From Trypanosoma brucei (Eukaryota), in assembly GCA_000002445.1 (NCBI GenBank), contig CM000208.1:704001-768000 (forward strand): DNA of 64,000 bases, given 5' to 3'. Positions 10,757 to 22,089 of this stretch are shown here, one piece after another; position 1 is the first letter of the stretch; each line of letters begins with the position of its first letter. Made by a program: the position numbers and the translations under genes. The notes under the pieces were generated by a model. It saw only the letters and a program-made list of their open reading frames with translations. It was not told the DNA's origin and ran no database searches.

Positions 10757-11543
10757 ACGTTTTCAAGGAACGAAATGGCAATAGCGGTGGTGATGACGGA
10801 AACAAAATAAGTAAAAGGTTGAAGTTATGTGTGGACAGGTGATTGTGGTCGCACGTATATGGGCGAGTATTTTGCCTAATGTTAGTATCTTCTTGAGGGA
10901 TGAGAGGGGAGAATGAAGCGGTGTATTTCTTTACACACACAAGCCAGTGGAGTTGTGTGACTGATTGTGGTGCTTGTAAGGTGCCAGTTGCATGGGCTGG
11001 CGTTGGAAACGTGTTGAATATTACGTGTAACGGTGCTTAATTGCCATGCTGAAGCATGTGGCGTATCCAAAGGAAGATGGTTGGGGAAGTGACGGGAGTG
11101 TGGGGAAAATGTTTTACTTTATTTTCTGCTCCTGGTACATGAACAAATCCGGTCGGGGAGGAAATGTAGTTTGTGAAGATATGTAGCCATTCACTTCCTT
11201 TATTCCCTTTCAATGTTCGCTTTGAGTACTTGTCTTTCCTTTGGCACCATTTTGTTGGTGGAATTTCCCCACTTTTTATTTTGAAAAAATCACTATACCA
11301 ACTCGAATCATTTATTCGGCGGGAAAGGAATGCATGCCTCATGGATGCTCATCCTCGTTGGTTTTGTCACTCATGCTTGTTTTACCTTTGTCCTGCTGCC
11401 GAAGTTTTTTTTTTTTGCTCTCATCGGATATAACTAGTGGTTCTGAATAATCTTCATTAGGTCTGTACCGCCAGCAGTTTTACTGTGTTAAGTGGTGGGA
11501 GATTAAGGGGGTAATATCGGACACAACGACGTTAGCAGTGAGA

Positions 11544-14500
11544 ATGGACAACTCTGAGGCTGTGAGGAAGGGAGGCATACGACCCGGAGTGACATCGGGG
11601 GATGTGGGGAGGATTGAGAAAAGGAACTCGGAACCGCAACATTCTATCTTCGGAACTGAAGTTGCGGGGGGTTTGACAACCGAAAGATTTGTTTCATCCA
11701 CGCGTAACTTTGCAACGACTCGAAAAGTACAAAAGCTGCTAGACGTTACTGTCAATGACAACTTTCGGGAGCTAGTTCTCTACATGAATGATGTTGTGCC
11801 AGAGTTTCTTGAGGGCTTATATTTTCAGAGAGGGGATTTGCCATCCGGCGGAAGCGAGAAAACAACGCCACTTCAACGCCCCCAACAACATAACAGTGCA
11901 GTTGCGTCTGTGAATGCAAATGGTGTTACAACTGCCACCACTACCACAACTACCGGCACTGCTTCATCCCTTAGCTCGCACTCTTCAGCAGCGCTCCGTG
12001 CAGCGCTTGAGGGTCGTGTTGTGGATGTTCACCAACGTTTTTTGCAGGAGTGGTCGACCCTCAACGAGGTGTTTGAGGAAGTGTATTCGTTAGTAACAAA
12101 ACTTCATCGTGAAAGTGAGGTACTTGAGGCGACTCTAGGTGCTCATGCCGCTCAGGCAGAAGATTTTTCCGGTCTCATGACAACACTCCAAGCTGAGTTG
12201 ACTTTGGTTCATCAGAGGGAGAGGGAAATAAAGGAGTTCCAAGGCAGATATCACTTTACAGCGGAAGAGCAGCGGATATTAGAGGAGGGGTCTGTTGATA
12301 CCACTTACCTTGATGTGCTTAGCAGTGTGCAAGCGACTCACCGTGAGTGCCGTCAGATGCTCCTCTCGCGTGAAAGCTACCAGAGCGCTGCAGCAGTGAT
12401 GGACAGCACGTACATTGCTATAATAAAGGGTACAGAAAAGGTGGCACGCCATCTAAAAACCCTGTCGGGTCGCTCAACCTCGGGTCCTACATCCAGCTGC
12501 GGGGAGGCACCAGAATTGACCAATTTTTACTTGCGGTGCATGAATTTTCTCCGAGAGGAGAACAAAGCACAGTGGGCATCGGTTGTAGAGGAGGTTGCTC
12601 GGTTGCGACGCGCAGCGGTACTTCGGCAATATTTTCATCTTCTGACCACCGGTTCCACGACGACGGCTTCCCGCACGTATCACATGGGGGGTGGGGAACG
12701 CCACAACTCAGCAGGGGGAGGTGAAGGCAGTAGTGCGGGTATACGACCATTAGAGGCGGAGATCGGCAACCCCGTTTTTTTCTTTAGTTCACTCTTCGCT
12801 TGGTTGCACCAGGCAATTGTGGACGAAGACGATTTCTTTTCAACTTTCTTCACTTCCCCAGTGTTGGAGCCACGCCAACCACCGCTTTCTGGTGGGAAAG
12901 GTGAGTGCACTGATGCGTTAGAGGGTGGTAGAGGCTCTCCGTGTTCCGCGACGGTGGCAAATCACTTTGACGAACCCGTCGGTGAAGATTTGATGTTGAG
13001 TAAGTCATCGGTTCTCGATTCCGTCTTTGACGTTCTCTGCAAACATATCCAAAGTGTGCTGGAGGGCGTGCTGGAGAGGTTTCTGCGGACGGCGTCGAAT
13101 CTCCAAGATGCTGATGGGGTTGGTTCGAACACCGGTGAAGCGGGATCCCCTGGCACCGAAGATTTTAGTAGTAAAGCGGGATCCTCCCGAATGGGACCCT
13201 CGGGGCCTATTGGTCTTACTGGTGGCATCGCGCGTCTTCTTTCGGCTGCGGCGGGCCGCCCACTCTCCTTGGTTTCGGGTGCTTCAAAAGCAGAAAATCG
13301 CTACCAACACGTGATGAACCGCTCGCAGTTGGAGGCGCTGGTGGCAACGACGGTGTCAAGCCTGACAAGTGGTCTTCAAACAACTCATGCCCTACTGCAG
13401 CTCTTTACATATTGCAGCACCAGTACGTTTACCGCTTTACTTGGCCGTGATGCCGCACTCACGCGTCTAATCGCAGACGATGGAAAGATGCAGCTACTTC
13501 GTGTGTATCATACGATAGCCAAACACCTCTCAGACCACTCGTTAGATAGTGTGGCAGGTGTTGTCAGTCGTTCTGCCATTCTCCGCCGGTTGGCGTCTGC
13601 TGAAGCACTGGAATGGAAATTGGGAGGCACTGCCAGGTACTTCGTTGTTGACTTTTTGCTCGAATACAAAGTGGAGGATGAACGTGGGTTAGATGGTAGT
13701 TCCTTCCATGAAGACCAAATGAAAGCGCAGGAAAGATCGGCTTCTACACAAGGGTTGAAGCCCTCAAGTTTCAGTGGCCGACCCGCTAGTTGTAATCCTT
13801 ATTTGCGTAGTGGTCTCTCCAAGCATCAGGCACAGGCGGCTGAGTTGCTTCGCACACTCGAAACCATGGTTCTTCCCGTGCCTCCTGAAGTAGCGGAGTG
13901 CCTCCGTGTTTTGCAAGCCACTATGGTCGAAGCACAGAAGCATGCGGAAATTATGGAGTCCCTCCACGTTTCTCCATCGTATGGTTTAGTGCAGGAGGTC
14001 TCTGGAGGAGCTGAGGCGGCCAGTGCTGCCCCTCCATGCAGCGAGCAGTTCTTTGCCGTGATTGTGCAGCATTTGATGTCATTTCCAACGGTACTGGCGC
14101 ACCAACCTGTTTTAAGCAGCGGCGTTGACGAACCTTGCAAGTTGGTGATTCAACTGAATACCATGAATGCCTTATATGAAACGCTTGTCCCTCACACAGG
14201 CAGTTCCGCGAGCGGAAGCAAGTTGGCTCATTACACCATGCCTCTCTTGAGCACTGTAATGGAGCGCATTGAAGACCTTATAAAGGAATTGGTAGCAGCC
14301 CTCTCCCAGTGTGTCGCGCGACACTACTTGGGAGAGGCCACGAATGAAGGTGATGAAATGGAAAAGGCTATTTGTACTCCCGAAGCGGCTAAAACTATCG
14401 AGTCTACTGGCGGGGGGGATGGTGAGGGTGGTGTGGCCGCTAAGGAATTTGACACTCGCACCGTCATGGATAAACTTAATGAATTTTATAGTGTTGTAGC

Positions 14501-14750
14501 GGCCTCAGGCCGACTCTATGTCCCCATTGTTTCTTCGTTGGCCTCACCTCCTTTGCGTGATCGGGTTATGCAGGGTGTGCTAGATATAACTTTAGCTGTG
14601 TACGAAAGACGTTACGAACAACTTCTCAACTTGTCATCAGAAGGGGGCTCTGACATCACTACCACTCTTTCTTCAGATCTTCCGGGCCGCACCTCAGTGG
14701 AGGACCTTCACCCTGACAAGTTACGTATCCTTTTGGACACCACCCCATAA
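11544..14750 (+). CDS. Hypothetical protein (1068 aa), coiled-coil region plus Ser/Thr-rich tracts
   Basis: Long ORF with coding-like codon bias. The track start 11538 is GTG; the first ATG is 11544. Poly-Thr stretch (TTATTTTTTGTASS). No recognisable catalytic motifs. Confidence 0.55.
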   Translation: MDNSEAVRKGGIRPGVTSGDVGRIEKRNSEPQHSIFGTEVAGGLTTERFVSSTRNFATTRKVQKLLDVTVNDNFRELVLYMNDVVPEFLEGLYFQRGDLPSGGSEKTTPLQRPQQHNSAVASVNANGVTTATTTTTTGTASSLSSHSSAALRAALEGRVVDVHQRFLQEWSTLNEVFEEVYSLVTKLHRESEVLEATLGAHAAQAEDFSGLMTTLQAELTLVHQREREIKEFQGRYHFTAEEQRILEEGSVDTTYLDVLSSVQATHRECRQMLLSRESYQSAAAVMDSTYIAIIKGTEKVARHLKTLSGRSTSGPTSSCGEAPELTNFYLRCMNFLREENKAQWASVVEEVARLRRAAVLRQYFHLLTTGSTTTASRTYHMGGGERHNSAGGGEGSSAGIRPLEAEIGNPVFFFSSLFAWLHQAIVDEDDFFSTFFTSPVLEPRQPPLSGGKGECTDALEGGRGSPCSATVANHFDEPVGEDLMLSKSSVLDSVFDVLCKHIQSVLEGVLERFLRTASNLQDADGVGSNTGEAGSPGTEDFSSKAGSSRMGPSGPIGLTGGIARLLSAAAGRPLSLVSGASKAENRYQHVMNRSQLEALVATTVSSLTSGLQTTHALLQLFTYCSTSTFTALLGRDAALTRLIADDGKMQLLRVYHTIAKHLSDHSLDSVAGVVSRSAILRRLASAEALEWKLGGTARYFVVDFLLEYKVEDERGLDGSSFHEDQMKAQERSASTQGLKPSSFSGRPASCNPYLRSGLSKHQAQAAELLRTLETMVLPVPPEVAECLRVLQATMVEAQKHAEIMESLHVSPSYGLVQEVSGGAEAASAAPPCSEQFFAVIVQHLMSFPTVLAHQPVLSSGVDEPCKLVIQLNTMNALYETLVPHTGSSASGSKLAHYTMPLLSTVMERIEDLIKELVAALSQCVARHYLGEATNEGDEMEKAICTPEAAKTIESTGGGDGEGGVAAKEFDTRTVMDKLNEFYSVVAASGRLYVPIVSSLASPPLRDRVMQGVLDITLAVYERRYEQLLNLSSEGGSDITTTLSSDLPGRTSVEDLHPDKLRILLDTTP

Positions 14751-15409
14751 AGTGGAGTAGGCGCGGAATATAACCCCTTTCAGGCTGCGGGGTTGTAAAA
14801 AAAAAAAAGAGTAAGGGATGGGCGTCTTCATTTATTTTCTACCACCCCAATCTGTTTTGTTGTTGTTGCTGAACTGAGCTGATGAAAATATCTGTTGGGT
14901 CGGTCCGTTGCAATCGAATAAGGACATTCGAGTCACTTGCAGCAATCAATTCACCTTCAAGGTTGATGCCGTTCATCCGGTCGTTACCCACACAACAGCC
15001 TCTGTTTTAGTGAGTGTGCGGTGTTTGGTGCTCCCGTGTAATTCACCTTTTGTCCTTTAAATTCTCGATTTCCCCCTTGCACGGTTATTGGAGGATTCCC
15101 CTTTTCCCACACAATAACCACTTCTCCCACCTCCCCTTTTTAATACTTTTCTTTAGTTTTGTTACTTCTTTATCTTTATTTTCTTTTTTTCTGCCTCTGT
15201 GACAGTGTATTAGTGGGTAAAGTACGGTGGATTCATAAATCTTCTTATCTGCTGTACAGAGACGGCGGTAGCGCGGAAGGCCAAACATCAGCACGGGCAC
15301 AAGCGCAATCTTGCCTCTTTTGTACTGAATTAAGAAGGACGGGCGAAAGACATCCACAAGCGCGCATTTCTGTATCTTTATTTTAAACGAGAGAAGTGGT
15401 AGTGTCAGT

Positions 15410-15892
15410 ATGGTTTTTTATTCTTTTGTACTGGTGATGAAGCCACGACAACGTCGATTCACTTCGCAGGCGTTGCGTGAGATCGGTGTTGCTGTCTATA
15501 GCAACGGTGGTCTTATCAGAAGCATCACAAACGAGGGGATTATGCGGCCCTATAGTCGCTTCCGTGATGCAGACAATACGCCCTTAACGTATGCACGGTA
15601 TATTATACTTCAGCTTGACATGGGTGAGGAAGAAATGGGAAAGGTAGACAAAATCATACGGGAACATCAGGACGTTTTGATGGCGCTAAAGTTGAACAAC
15701 CTGGAGCGACCGGTGGGTATACGAAGTGGGAATAAAGAACTACAGGCCGCTTACTTTCCGCTGGACACTTTCACGCGACTTGAGGAGGAAATTAACTGGT
15801 CACCTCAGACCTCAGCAGATATTTACACACAGTTGGAGATGAACTGGAAGGAATTCTCCCGCACACGTTGGTCCAGTTTTCTGAGAAACTGA
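15410..15892 (+). CDS. Small protein with weak similarity to ribosomal protein S6 family (possible mitochondrial ribosomal protein)
   Basis: 160-aa ORF. The stretch GGLIRSITNEGIMRPYSRFRD…TYARYIILQLDMGEEEMGKVDKIIREHQDVLMAL follows the bS6 pattern (G-x-I…G-x-R-x-L-A/T-Y…Y…e-l…V-x-R). Family assignment is by eye only. Confidence 0.4.
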   Translation: MVFYSFVLVMKPRQRRFTSQALREIGVAVYSNGGLIRSITNEGIMRPYSRFRDADNTPLTYARYIILQLDMGEEEMGKVDKIIREHQDVLMALKLNNLERPVGIRSGNKELQAAYFPLDTFTRLEEEINWSPQTSADIYTQLEMNWKEFSRTRWSSFLRN

Positions 15893-16059
15893 ACTATTCA
15901 ACGGTGGTGTGCGCGTTCTTGCCGTGATAGCGAGTGTGTGTTGGATAAGGTTTGGGAACGGGGAAAAGAAATACCCTCGAAGGGATCCTTTGGGCACCTA
16001 TGAAAATTTGTGATATCGATGAGGAGTTGGCTGCGTGTGAATGACTGCACTGACGTTAT

Positions 16060-16180
16060 ATTTGTTCTTCCCTTTTTACTCCCTTATTTCACTTCTCTCT
16101 TTTCCCCCTCCCTGTTATTTATTTATTGTGTACATCTGCTCTTGCTTTCCTTTTTTCTTTTTATGGGCATATCAGTTTTA
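16060..16180 (+). promoter_or_regulatory. Polypyrimidine tract upstream of start codon (probable trans-splicing/polyadenylation signal region)
   Basis: A long C/T-rich run (cttccctttttactcccttatttcacttctctcttttccccctccctg…) lies immediately 5' of the 16186 ATG. This is the usual arrangement in kinetoplastid intergenic regions. Confidence 0.45.
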
Positions 16181-16185
16181 AGAAA

Positions 16186-17202
16186 ATGTGTAACGACGAT
16201 GCTCGGCAAGAGGGCGTTCAGTGGCCGTCCTCACAGCAATTGGCAGCCCTTGCCGACATAGAAGGTGATGTTCAAATGAAAGCAGCACAACTTGGCTTAC
16301 TTAGTTCAGAGTACCGTGCGAATATTGCACGCGTGTTGCACCACTACGAACCGCAGGCTGCGACCTTTCGCACCATTATTTATGCCAGTGAGCAGAAGCG
16401 AAAGGCAGTGGAAAGGGAACTCGTGTGGACAGAACGCATCGCTTTGCTCCAGGAGCAGCGCTGCGGAACAACTATTGTCTCCACGCGCGATTTGATGGTA
16501 CTTGAGCGGGAACCGTTGCATCCTGTGGAATGCAGCTTAAAAGAATGTTATCAGAAGCTGGAGAATGTTGCGTACAATGAGCTCTGTGTCCTACGAAACT
16601 ACGAATATCCTCCCAGGCAGGCCGTAGCTACAATGAGAATGATCATGAGGGTTCGGGGAGAGGAGGATTTGAGCTGGGAAAACGTACAAGTGGTTCTTAG
16701 TGAGAACTACTTCTACACTTTCTTCGTCAGCCGCATGCGCACGCTACTGCAGAAACGCCTTCCAGATGATGTACTGGAGGAGCTTGAGCAGTACTGCCTC
16801 AATCCTGAGCACGCACCCGAGGCCCTTGCGGTAGTTTCCGTACCGCTGGGAGTTATTGGGAGTTTGTTGCACGCGGTACGTGACTATTTTCAAGTGATGG
16901 ACCTTGTGAAGCGGCCAGTGGAGCCCATGTCAGTTGAAGAGCGCCGCAAGAAGGCCGGTGAGCTGCGCCGTGCCCTGCAGACATTAAAGGAGGACGCCGC
17001 CACTGCAACTGAGGGAATGGCTGATCTGAAGGCGCGTATTGCGAGTAAATTTGTTACCGTGCGTGATGAGTACGATGACACCATGTGTCCACTGCACGAC
17101 GACTTAGAGAAAAAGACAGAGGATTTCCTAAAAGTGCTTTCCGGAGACATTCCTGCTGAGGAAGGTGCCACTGGTGAAGGTGAATGCCCCGATGCCATGT
17201 AG
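16186..17202 (+). CDS. Hypothetical protein (338 aa), predicted helical/coiled-coil
   Basis: Track ORF 16126 starts at TTG inside a polypyrimidine tract; the first in-frame ATG is 16186 (MCNDDARQ…). Coding-like composition. Confidence 0.5.
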   Translation: MCNDDARQEGVQWPSSQQLAALADIEGDVQMKAAQLGLLSSEYRANIARVLHHYEPQAATFRTIIYASEQKRKAVERELVWTERIALLQEQRCGTTIVSTRDLMVLEREPLHPVECSLKECYQKLENVAYNELCVLRNYEYPPRQAVATMRMIMRVRGEEDLSWENVQVVLSENYFYTFFVSRMRTLLQKRLPDDVLEELEQYCLNPEHAPEALAVVSVPLGVIGSLLHAVRDYFQVMDLVKRPVEPMSVEERRKKAGELRRALQTLKEDAATATEGMADLKARIASKFVTVRDEYDDTMCPLHDDLEKKTEDFLKVLSGDIPAEEGATGEGECPDAM

Positions 17203-18182
17203 AGACGGTTAGGTTCCAAAGCATTATGACGCGGCGTCTTTGGAGCACAGAAACTGCTGAGAAAGGGCGTACCAGGAAGGAAAGCTGTAAAAAAAGGTGT
17301 GTGAGGTGGTATGAACGCTGGTGGAATGAAGATGGGGAACACTGGAAAATAGAGCGGAAGAAACAACGGTGTACGGAATGAAGGCAGCCAAGAGGAGATC
17401 GCAGTGGGAAAATGGGAAAGAAGAGGGGGAGGAAGCCAGGCGGTGAAGGTGAGGAGAGGAGTGAGGAAAAAAAAAGGTAACTTAGAAAAATAAAAATTGG
17501 AAAGACGGCTGCCATCATTCCAGATTGTTCACGATAGGGAAAAGGAAAGGAGTGTCTTCGTGATGCCAACAGATTATTTTATTTAAATATGTGCATGTTT
17601 TTTTTTTCTTTGTTTTACCTGGGCACATAAAAGGTGCGGTAAAGGACATCTCATGCAATATTTATTATCCATTATGTATATTACTGCCCAACATCTGGCA
17701 CACCGACCTCGATGAGAGCGGTGCTCTCCCTTAAATAAGTTTTAGATGTCTGTCCTGTAAACACTTTGCGGGGCAAAGAAGAATCTTCCACCCACCTTAC
17801 TTTTTTTCCTTTCTTTGGAAAGATCAATGTATACATGTATACAGGTCTTCCGTACAGTTGATGTGAAAGGTGTGGTCAAAGAGAATGCGTAAGTGTTTAA
17901 CACGCTGACTGGAGGACATACATGAGGACGGTTATTACACTAAAAAAACCTTGGGGCCACGTATGTGTGCATGTTTGTGTGGTAAAGCACATTTGGTTTC
18001 ATAGTTGTGCCGTCAGATTTTTCTTTTTCTCTTTCTGAACGCAGCGTGAACTCTGTCAACCCTTCCTTTACACACATGCAACTTTCTTTTCCTTATCTGG
18101 AATTCAACACATTTGCCCATTGCCGCGGGAAATATTTGTAGGTGAGGTTAGGGAGATCGACGCGCTTTCTCTTTCTTTCTTG

Positions 18183-19673
18183 ATGCCAGCCACCAGGGAA
18201 GGGACGAAGAGCGTTACCGCCGAAACGTTTGCGGTTGAGATTGTCCATCTTGTTCGTTTACATCAAATTCACACAGTGACGCTATGTTGTCCAACAGAAG
18301 AACTTCGGGTGGAGCCAGCGGCGCTCCCAATGGCATCTACAATTACCGTTGAGGCACGATTGCTTAGCTCGCTCGATTGGAACTGCGATACGGCTAAGAA
18401 CTGTACTTTTGACGCGGTGCTAGCGAAAAGTAATGGAACAGTATTCACATATCACATCTTATTTGCGACCGCTGTGACTTCGAGAGACTCCGCAGGTGCT
18501 GCTATTTCTGAAAGGCAAGGAACGCAGCTTAGTGCCCACTGGTGTTCGCAGCTGCAGCGGCGGCTGGCTATCTGTTCCGCTCTCACAGGCGTTCCAAGTC
18601 ATCTATCGGTGTTGCTGCTCCCGTACGTACCGCACCTATCGTGGAACAGGGATCGCGATGGGATCCTCGGCGCAATTCACAGCGCGACGATGATGTCGAC
18701 GATAACGGCACGGGACCTGGATGATAATGACACATCGGAAGCGAGGTACGATGTCCGTGTTGCCGCTCTTCTTAACGCGGCAGTTCCGCTTGGTCCCCGT
18801 GTGGGTTATCACACAGTGGCTTTGTTCTTGAATGCCATCGATGGGGATGCCTGTTTTAGGGAGGCACTTTCTCCAAACAACTTGCGCGAAAGCAGAAAAC
18901 GAGTGCGACAGTCTCAGAAGGGATGCATTAAACCGGGGAAAGATACATCGTTTTGTTTTCCCCTCCTAGCTGAGTTCAACGAAAAGTATCTGCTCCCAGC
19001 GCTTTCGTGGGGAGCGCTACACGCGAGCACCCTGGAAGGTAAAGGTAACCACTACGACGTGTGTGGGCTTGGAAAAGACATGGGCTGCAGTGTCTACCTC
19101 CGCGGTACTCTTGACGCTCTCCGTGTGCGCAGCGTTACAGTCATTGTGGACGGGCCGCGCGATTTGTGGTACCGTGTGATATCGCCATATGAGGACACTG
19201 CGGCTCCGGTAGCTAGCATGAAACCTTCTCTACTGCAGCTTGCGGGAAAGCTTGCAGAAACAGTTGAGGCGGCCTTATGCCGGTTGGTTGCCGAGAACTC
19301 GGACAGCTTTGTCCATCGCGCGATGGTCTCACCCTCCAGAGAGGATGGTGCGGCGTGTGTTGCGGCTGGGCCTGAAATCGAGGTCGGGACGATAGTGCCT
19401 ATAGGGCAGTCATGCCCACTACTGATACAGAGTATTGCAGACAGTTTGGCACACATCGTGCGAACGTCGCAGAATCCACTTTTCGTAGCAGACGTTCAGC
19501 GGCTACTGCAGTTACATTTGATGGAAGGTGACACGCCATCACATGTGATGGAATTGAATGCTGATGGTGGAGTTGTGGCGGAAAGTCGTGGTGACGCTGC
19601 CACTCAGTCATCAGTTGGCTCAACCGCTGCAGCACTTCAGTGGGCTGTCGAAACACGTCTCCTGAAGCTGTAA
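18183..19673 (+). CDS. Hypothetical protein (496 aa)
   Basis: Track ORF 18120 starts at TTG; the first ATG is 18183. Coding-like codon usage. No recognised motif. Confidence 0.5.
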   Translation: MPATREGTKSVTAETFAVEIVHLVRLHQIHTVTLCCPTEELRVEPAALPMASTITVEARLLSSLDWNCDTAKNCTFDAVLAKSNGTVFTYHILFATAVTSRDSAGAAISERQGTQLSAHWCSQLQRRLAICSALTGVPSHLSVLLLPYVPHLSWNRDRDGILGAIHSATMMSTITARDLDDNDTSEARYDVRVAALLNAAVPLGPRVGYHTVALFLNAIDGDACFREALSPNNLRESRKRVRQSQKGCIKPGKDTSFCFPLLAEFNEKYLLPALSWGALHASTLEGKGNHYDVCGLGKDMGCSVYLRGTLDALRVRSVTVIVDGPRDLWYRVISPYEDTAAPVASMKPSLLQLAGKLAETVEAALCRLVAENSDSFVHRAMVSPSREDGAACVAAGPEIEVGTIVPIGQSCPLLIQSIADSLAHIVRTSQNPLFVADVQRLLQLHLMEGDTPSHVMELNADGGVVAESRGDAATQSSVGSTAAALQWAVETRLLKL

Positions 19674-20032
19674 GGTGCACTGGAACCTAGTCGACTCCTC
19701 TAGTGGGGAAAAGGGGGCGATGGCGACTCTCCTCTCGTTGTCCCTTTTTCGTTTACTTGTTTTTTGTTGTTATTATTATACTTTTTTTTTTAGGAGCGCT
19801 TGCTTCTTGGCTTTCATTGTTATTTTTCTTTGCGTTTTCATGCCGTGGTGCTTTGTCCACATTACTTTTAGTAGTTTCCACTTTGCTCTGTATTTTTCCT
19901 TTCGTTGTCGCATCTCGCCCCGTTTCTTCTCTGGACGGTGGCATATGGTTCCAAGCGGCCCAAATATGCATATATGGAGCAAGTGTCGGTCGTGGTTTCA
20001 ATTAAGTTGAAACAACGAATTTTCTCCCTTTT

Positions 20033-20034
<2 letters not shown>

Positions 20035-20078
<44 letters not shown>
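20035..20078. repeat. (TA)n microsatellite (~22 units)
   Basis: Direct reading: atatatatatatatatatatatatatatatatataatatata. Confidence 0.9.
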
Positions 20079-20256
20079 CTATTTCCTACTATTTGCTCCG
20101 TTAGAGATCCTCATTTCCCTCTTTCCTTTTCCGTTGCTTTAGAAGTATGCATGCATTAACCAATTAGCCACCTCGTGTAGCATTGCTCTCGGTTCCCTTC
20201 AAAGGTTCGTGTTGAGGGTTGGCGGTTGCAGATCAAACTCCCACACTTCCGTCTAA

Positions 20257-20667
20257 ATGCATCCCCGTGTTGCTAAACTTTACTTGGATTTTATGCAGTT
20301 GGCCCCACATGCCACGACATTTTGTGGGTCCACTACGGCGTACAGGGCTGCTGTTCAAGAGGGTTTCAGCGCCACTCGAGTAGTGCCTGGCACACCGGAG
20401 TTTGCTCATAGCTTAGCTAAAGGTCGCTCTGTTCTTGGGCGTCTGCAAGATCTCATAACCGTACGGAAGTATCGTGCAATGATGAAGCGATACAGCTGGT
20501 CTAGCTATAAGAATAAACAGGAGTTGGTGGCGCTACTCGGAGAGACGAAGGCTCAGAGTGAGTTGCTGGGCCTCAATAACCGAGACGTTTATGGTTACGA
20601 TGATCACTACTGTCACCATGCACCCAGTAAACCAATGGGGGGTGAGGGTGATTTTTCTGAAAAATAG
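20257..20667 (+). CDS. Small hypothetical protein (136 aa)
   Basis: ATG-initiated ORF between two genes on the same strand; basic, with an LYxDF-like N-terminus. Function unknown. Confidence 0.4.
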   Translation: MHPRVAKLYLDFMQLAPHATTFCGSTTAYRAAVQEGFSATRVVPGTPEFAHSLAKGRSVLGRLQDLITVRKYRAMMKRYSWSSYKNKQELVALLGETKAQSELLGLNNRDVYGYDDHYCHHAPSKPMGGEGDFSEK

Positions 20668-21183
20668 TCTGATGGTTGGTAGCGGGGTGTTAGTGGTGTG
20701 TAGGGGTGGCGTGTGTTTGTAGTTATCGCCATCATCATTTCACTGTGAGAAGAATATGTGTACGACTTTTCAAAAATGCAAGTGTTAGCGACTTCTCTGT
20801 TTGTTTTGTCACAATCTTCACTTTCATATTGTTCGTCGCCAGCCTTGTGCCAATGAGTGGTGTGTTAAACGTACGTGCTACATGGAGTCATCCGTTTCCT
20901 TTCAAGGCTGCTTTACGGTCAAAGCAATGCAAATGCGTGATTGTGTTGGAGTAAATATCGAGTAGAAGTTGAAAAACAAGAGAAAAGCAATATGTGCTGC
21001 TTTCGCTGTTCCTGTCTCTGCTGGCCCCGCATGATTTACTGCCCCTCAAGAAAAAAATAATACTTATGACTACACACATATATACATATCTCTTTCTTTT
21101 TGTTTTTTCGTTGTGATGTTTGCACGCTTATTTTGACCTGTGCCCTCACCGTAGATCGCACCGGAAGGGCACGGACTGTAGCC

Positions 21184-21525
21184 ATGCCGCCAAAGAAGGG
21201 AGGAAAGGATACCAAGCAGGCGCCCAAGAAGGGCAAGATGGAGAACCTCAACAAGGGTGCCAAGAAGGCCGCAAAGAAGTGGTCTAAAGGTCGTACCCGT
21301 GAGGCACTTCAGAACGCCGTTATGTTCGATAAGGAGACGATGGACAAACTCATGAAGGAAGTACCGAAATACAAGGTTATCACACCATCCATCATCAGTG
21401 ACCGTCTGAAAATCTCCGTGGCTCTTGCTGGGAAGGGGCTCCAGCACTTGTGCAGACAGGGGCTCATTCGGTTGGTTTCATGCAGCAGTAAGTTTCGCGT
21501 TTACACGCGCGCTGCTACCGCATAA
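21184..21525 (+). CDS. RPS25: 40S ribosomal protein S25 (eS25)
   Basis: MPPKKGGKDTKQAPKKG…KWSKGRTREALQNAVMFDKETMDKLMKEVPKYKVITPSIISDRLKISVALAGKGL is a canonical eS25 sequence. The track ORF 21100 adds a spurious 28-aa N-terminal extension. The true start is the ATG at 21184. Confidence 0.85.
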   Translation: MPPKKGGKDTKQAPKKGKMENLNKGAKKAAKKWSKGRTREALQNAVMFDKETMDKLMKEVPKYKVITPSIISDRLKISVALAGKGLQHLCRQGLIRLVSCSSKFRVYTRAATA

Positions 21526-22089
21526 AGGAGGGAGAACTGGGCTTATCGATGAAGAGGGAAAGTAGGCGAATGCAAACTAACATTTCTCGGTTGTGACCAT
21601 GACGGTGCTGGGGCCGCCACGAGGTGGCGCGCAAGTTTGCAACAGCATTTTGCTTGGTGTGCCAACTCTACTTTCCTTTTTTTTATTATTATCCCCTTTC
21701 ATTCCTCCCCTTCCTGCTGCTTCCGTGTGAATACTTTGCCTTATTTCTTTTACAATAGTTTGTCTTCTAACACGTGTTGTTTTGCGTAGGGCTACGCACA
21801 TAGCGTTTGTGTTTTGCGGGACGACCGTCATTGTTCTGCACTCCTGTGCCTTTTTTTTTTCGAAACTCTTGCCGCAATCGTTTGTGCATCACTCTCCTCC
21901 CTGTCTTACTTTTTTTTTTCTATCATTCCTACCCGCAATTTTATGCTTTGGTACAGTTTCCGCCCTGTAACTTTAGGTTATTTGGGTGATCGGGTCCAGT
22001 GGTATATAAGACCCACTTCGTGAACGCACTTATATTACCACTCTCCCACACCGAGTTGGAGCGTGTGGTTTGTACTGCTTATACCAAGA

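Noticed and set aside
21100-21183. 28-codon N-terminal extension on the ribosomal protein S25 ORF
   Set aside because: The extension (MFFRCDVCTLILTCALTV…) is hydrophobic and unlike any eS25. The canonical eS25 N-terminus MPPKKGGK begins at the ATG at 21184.
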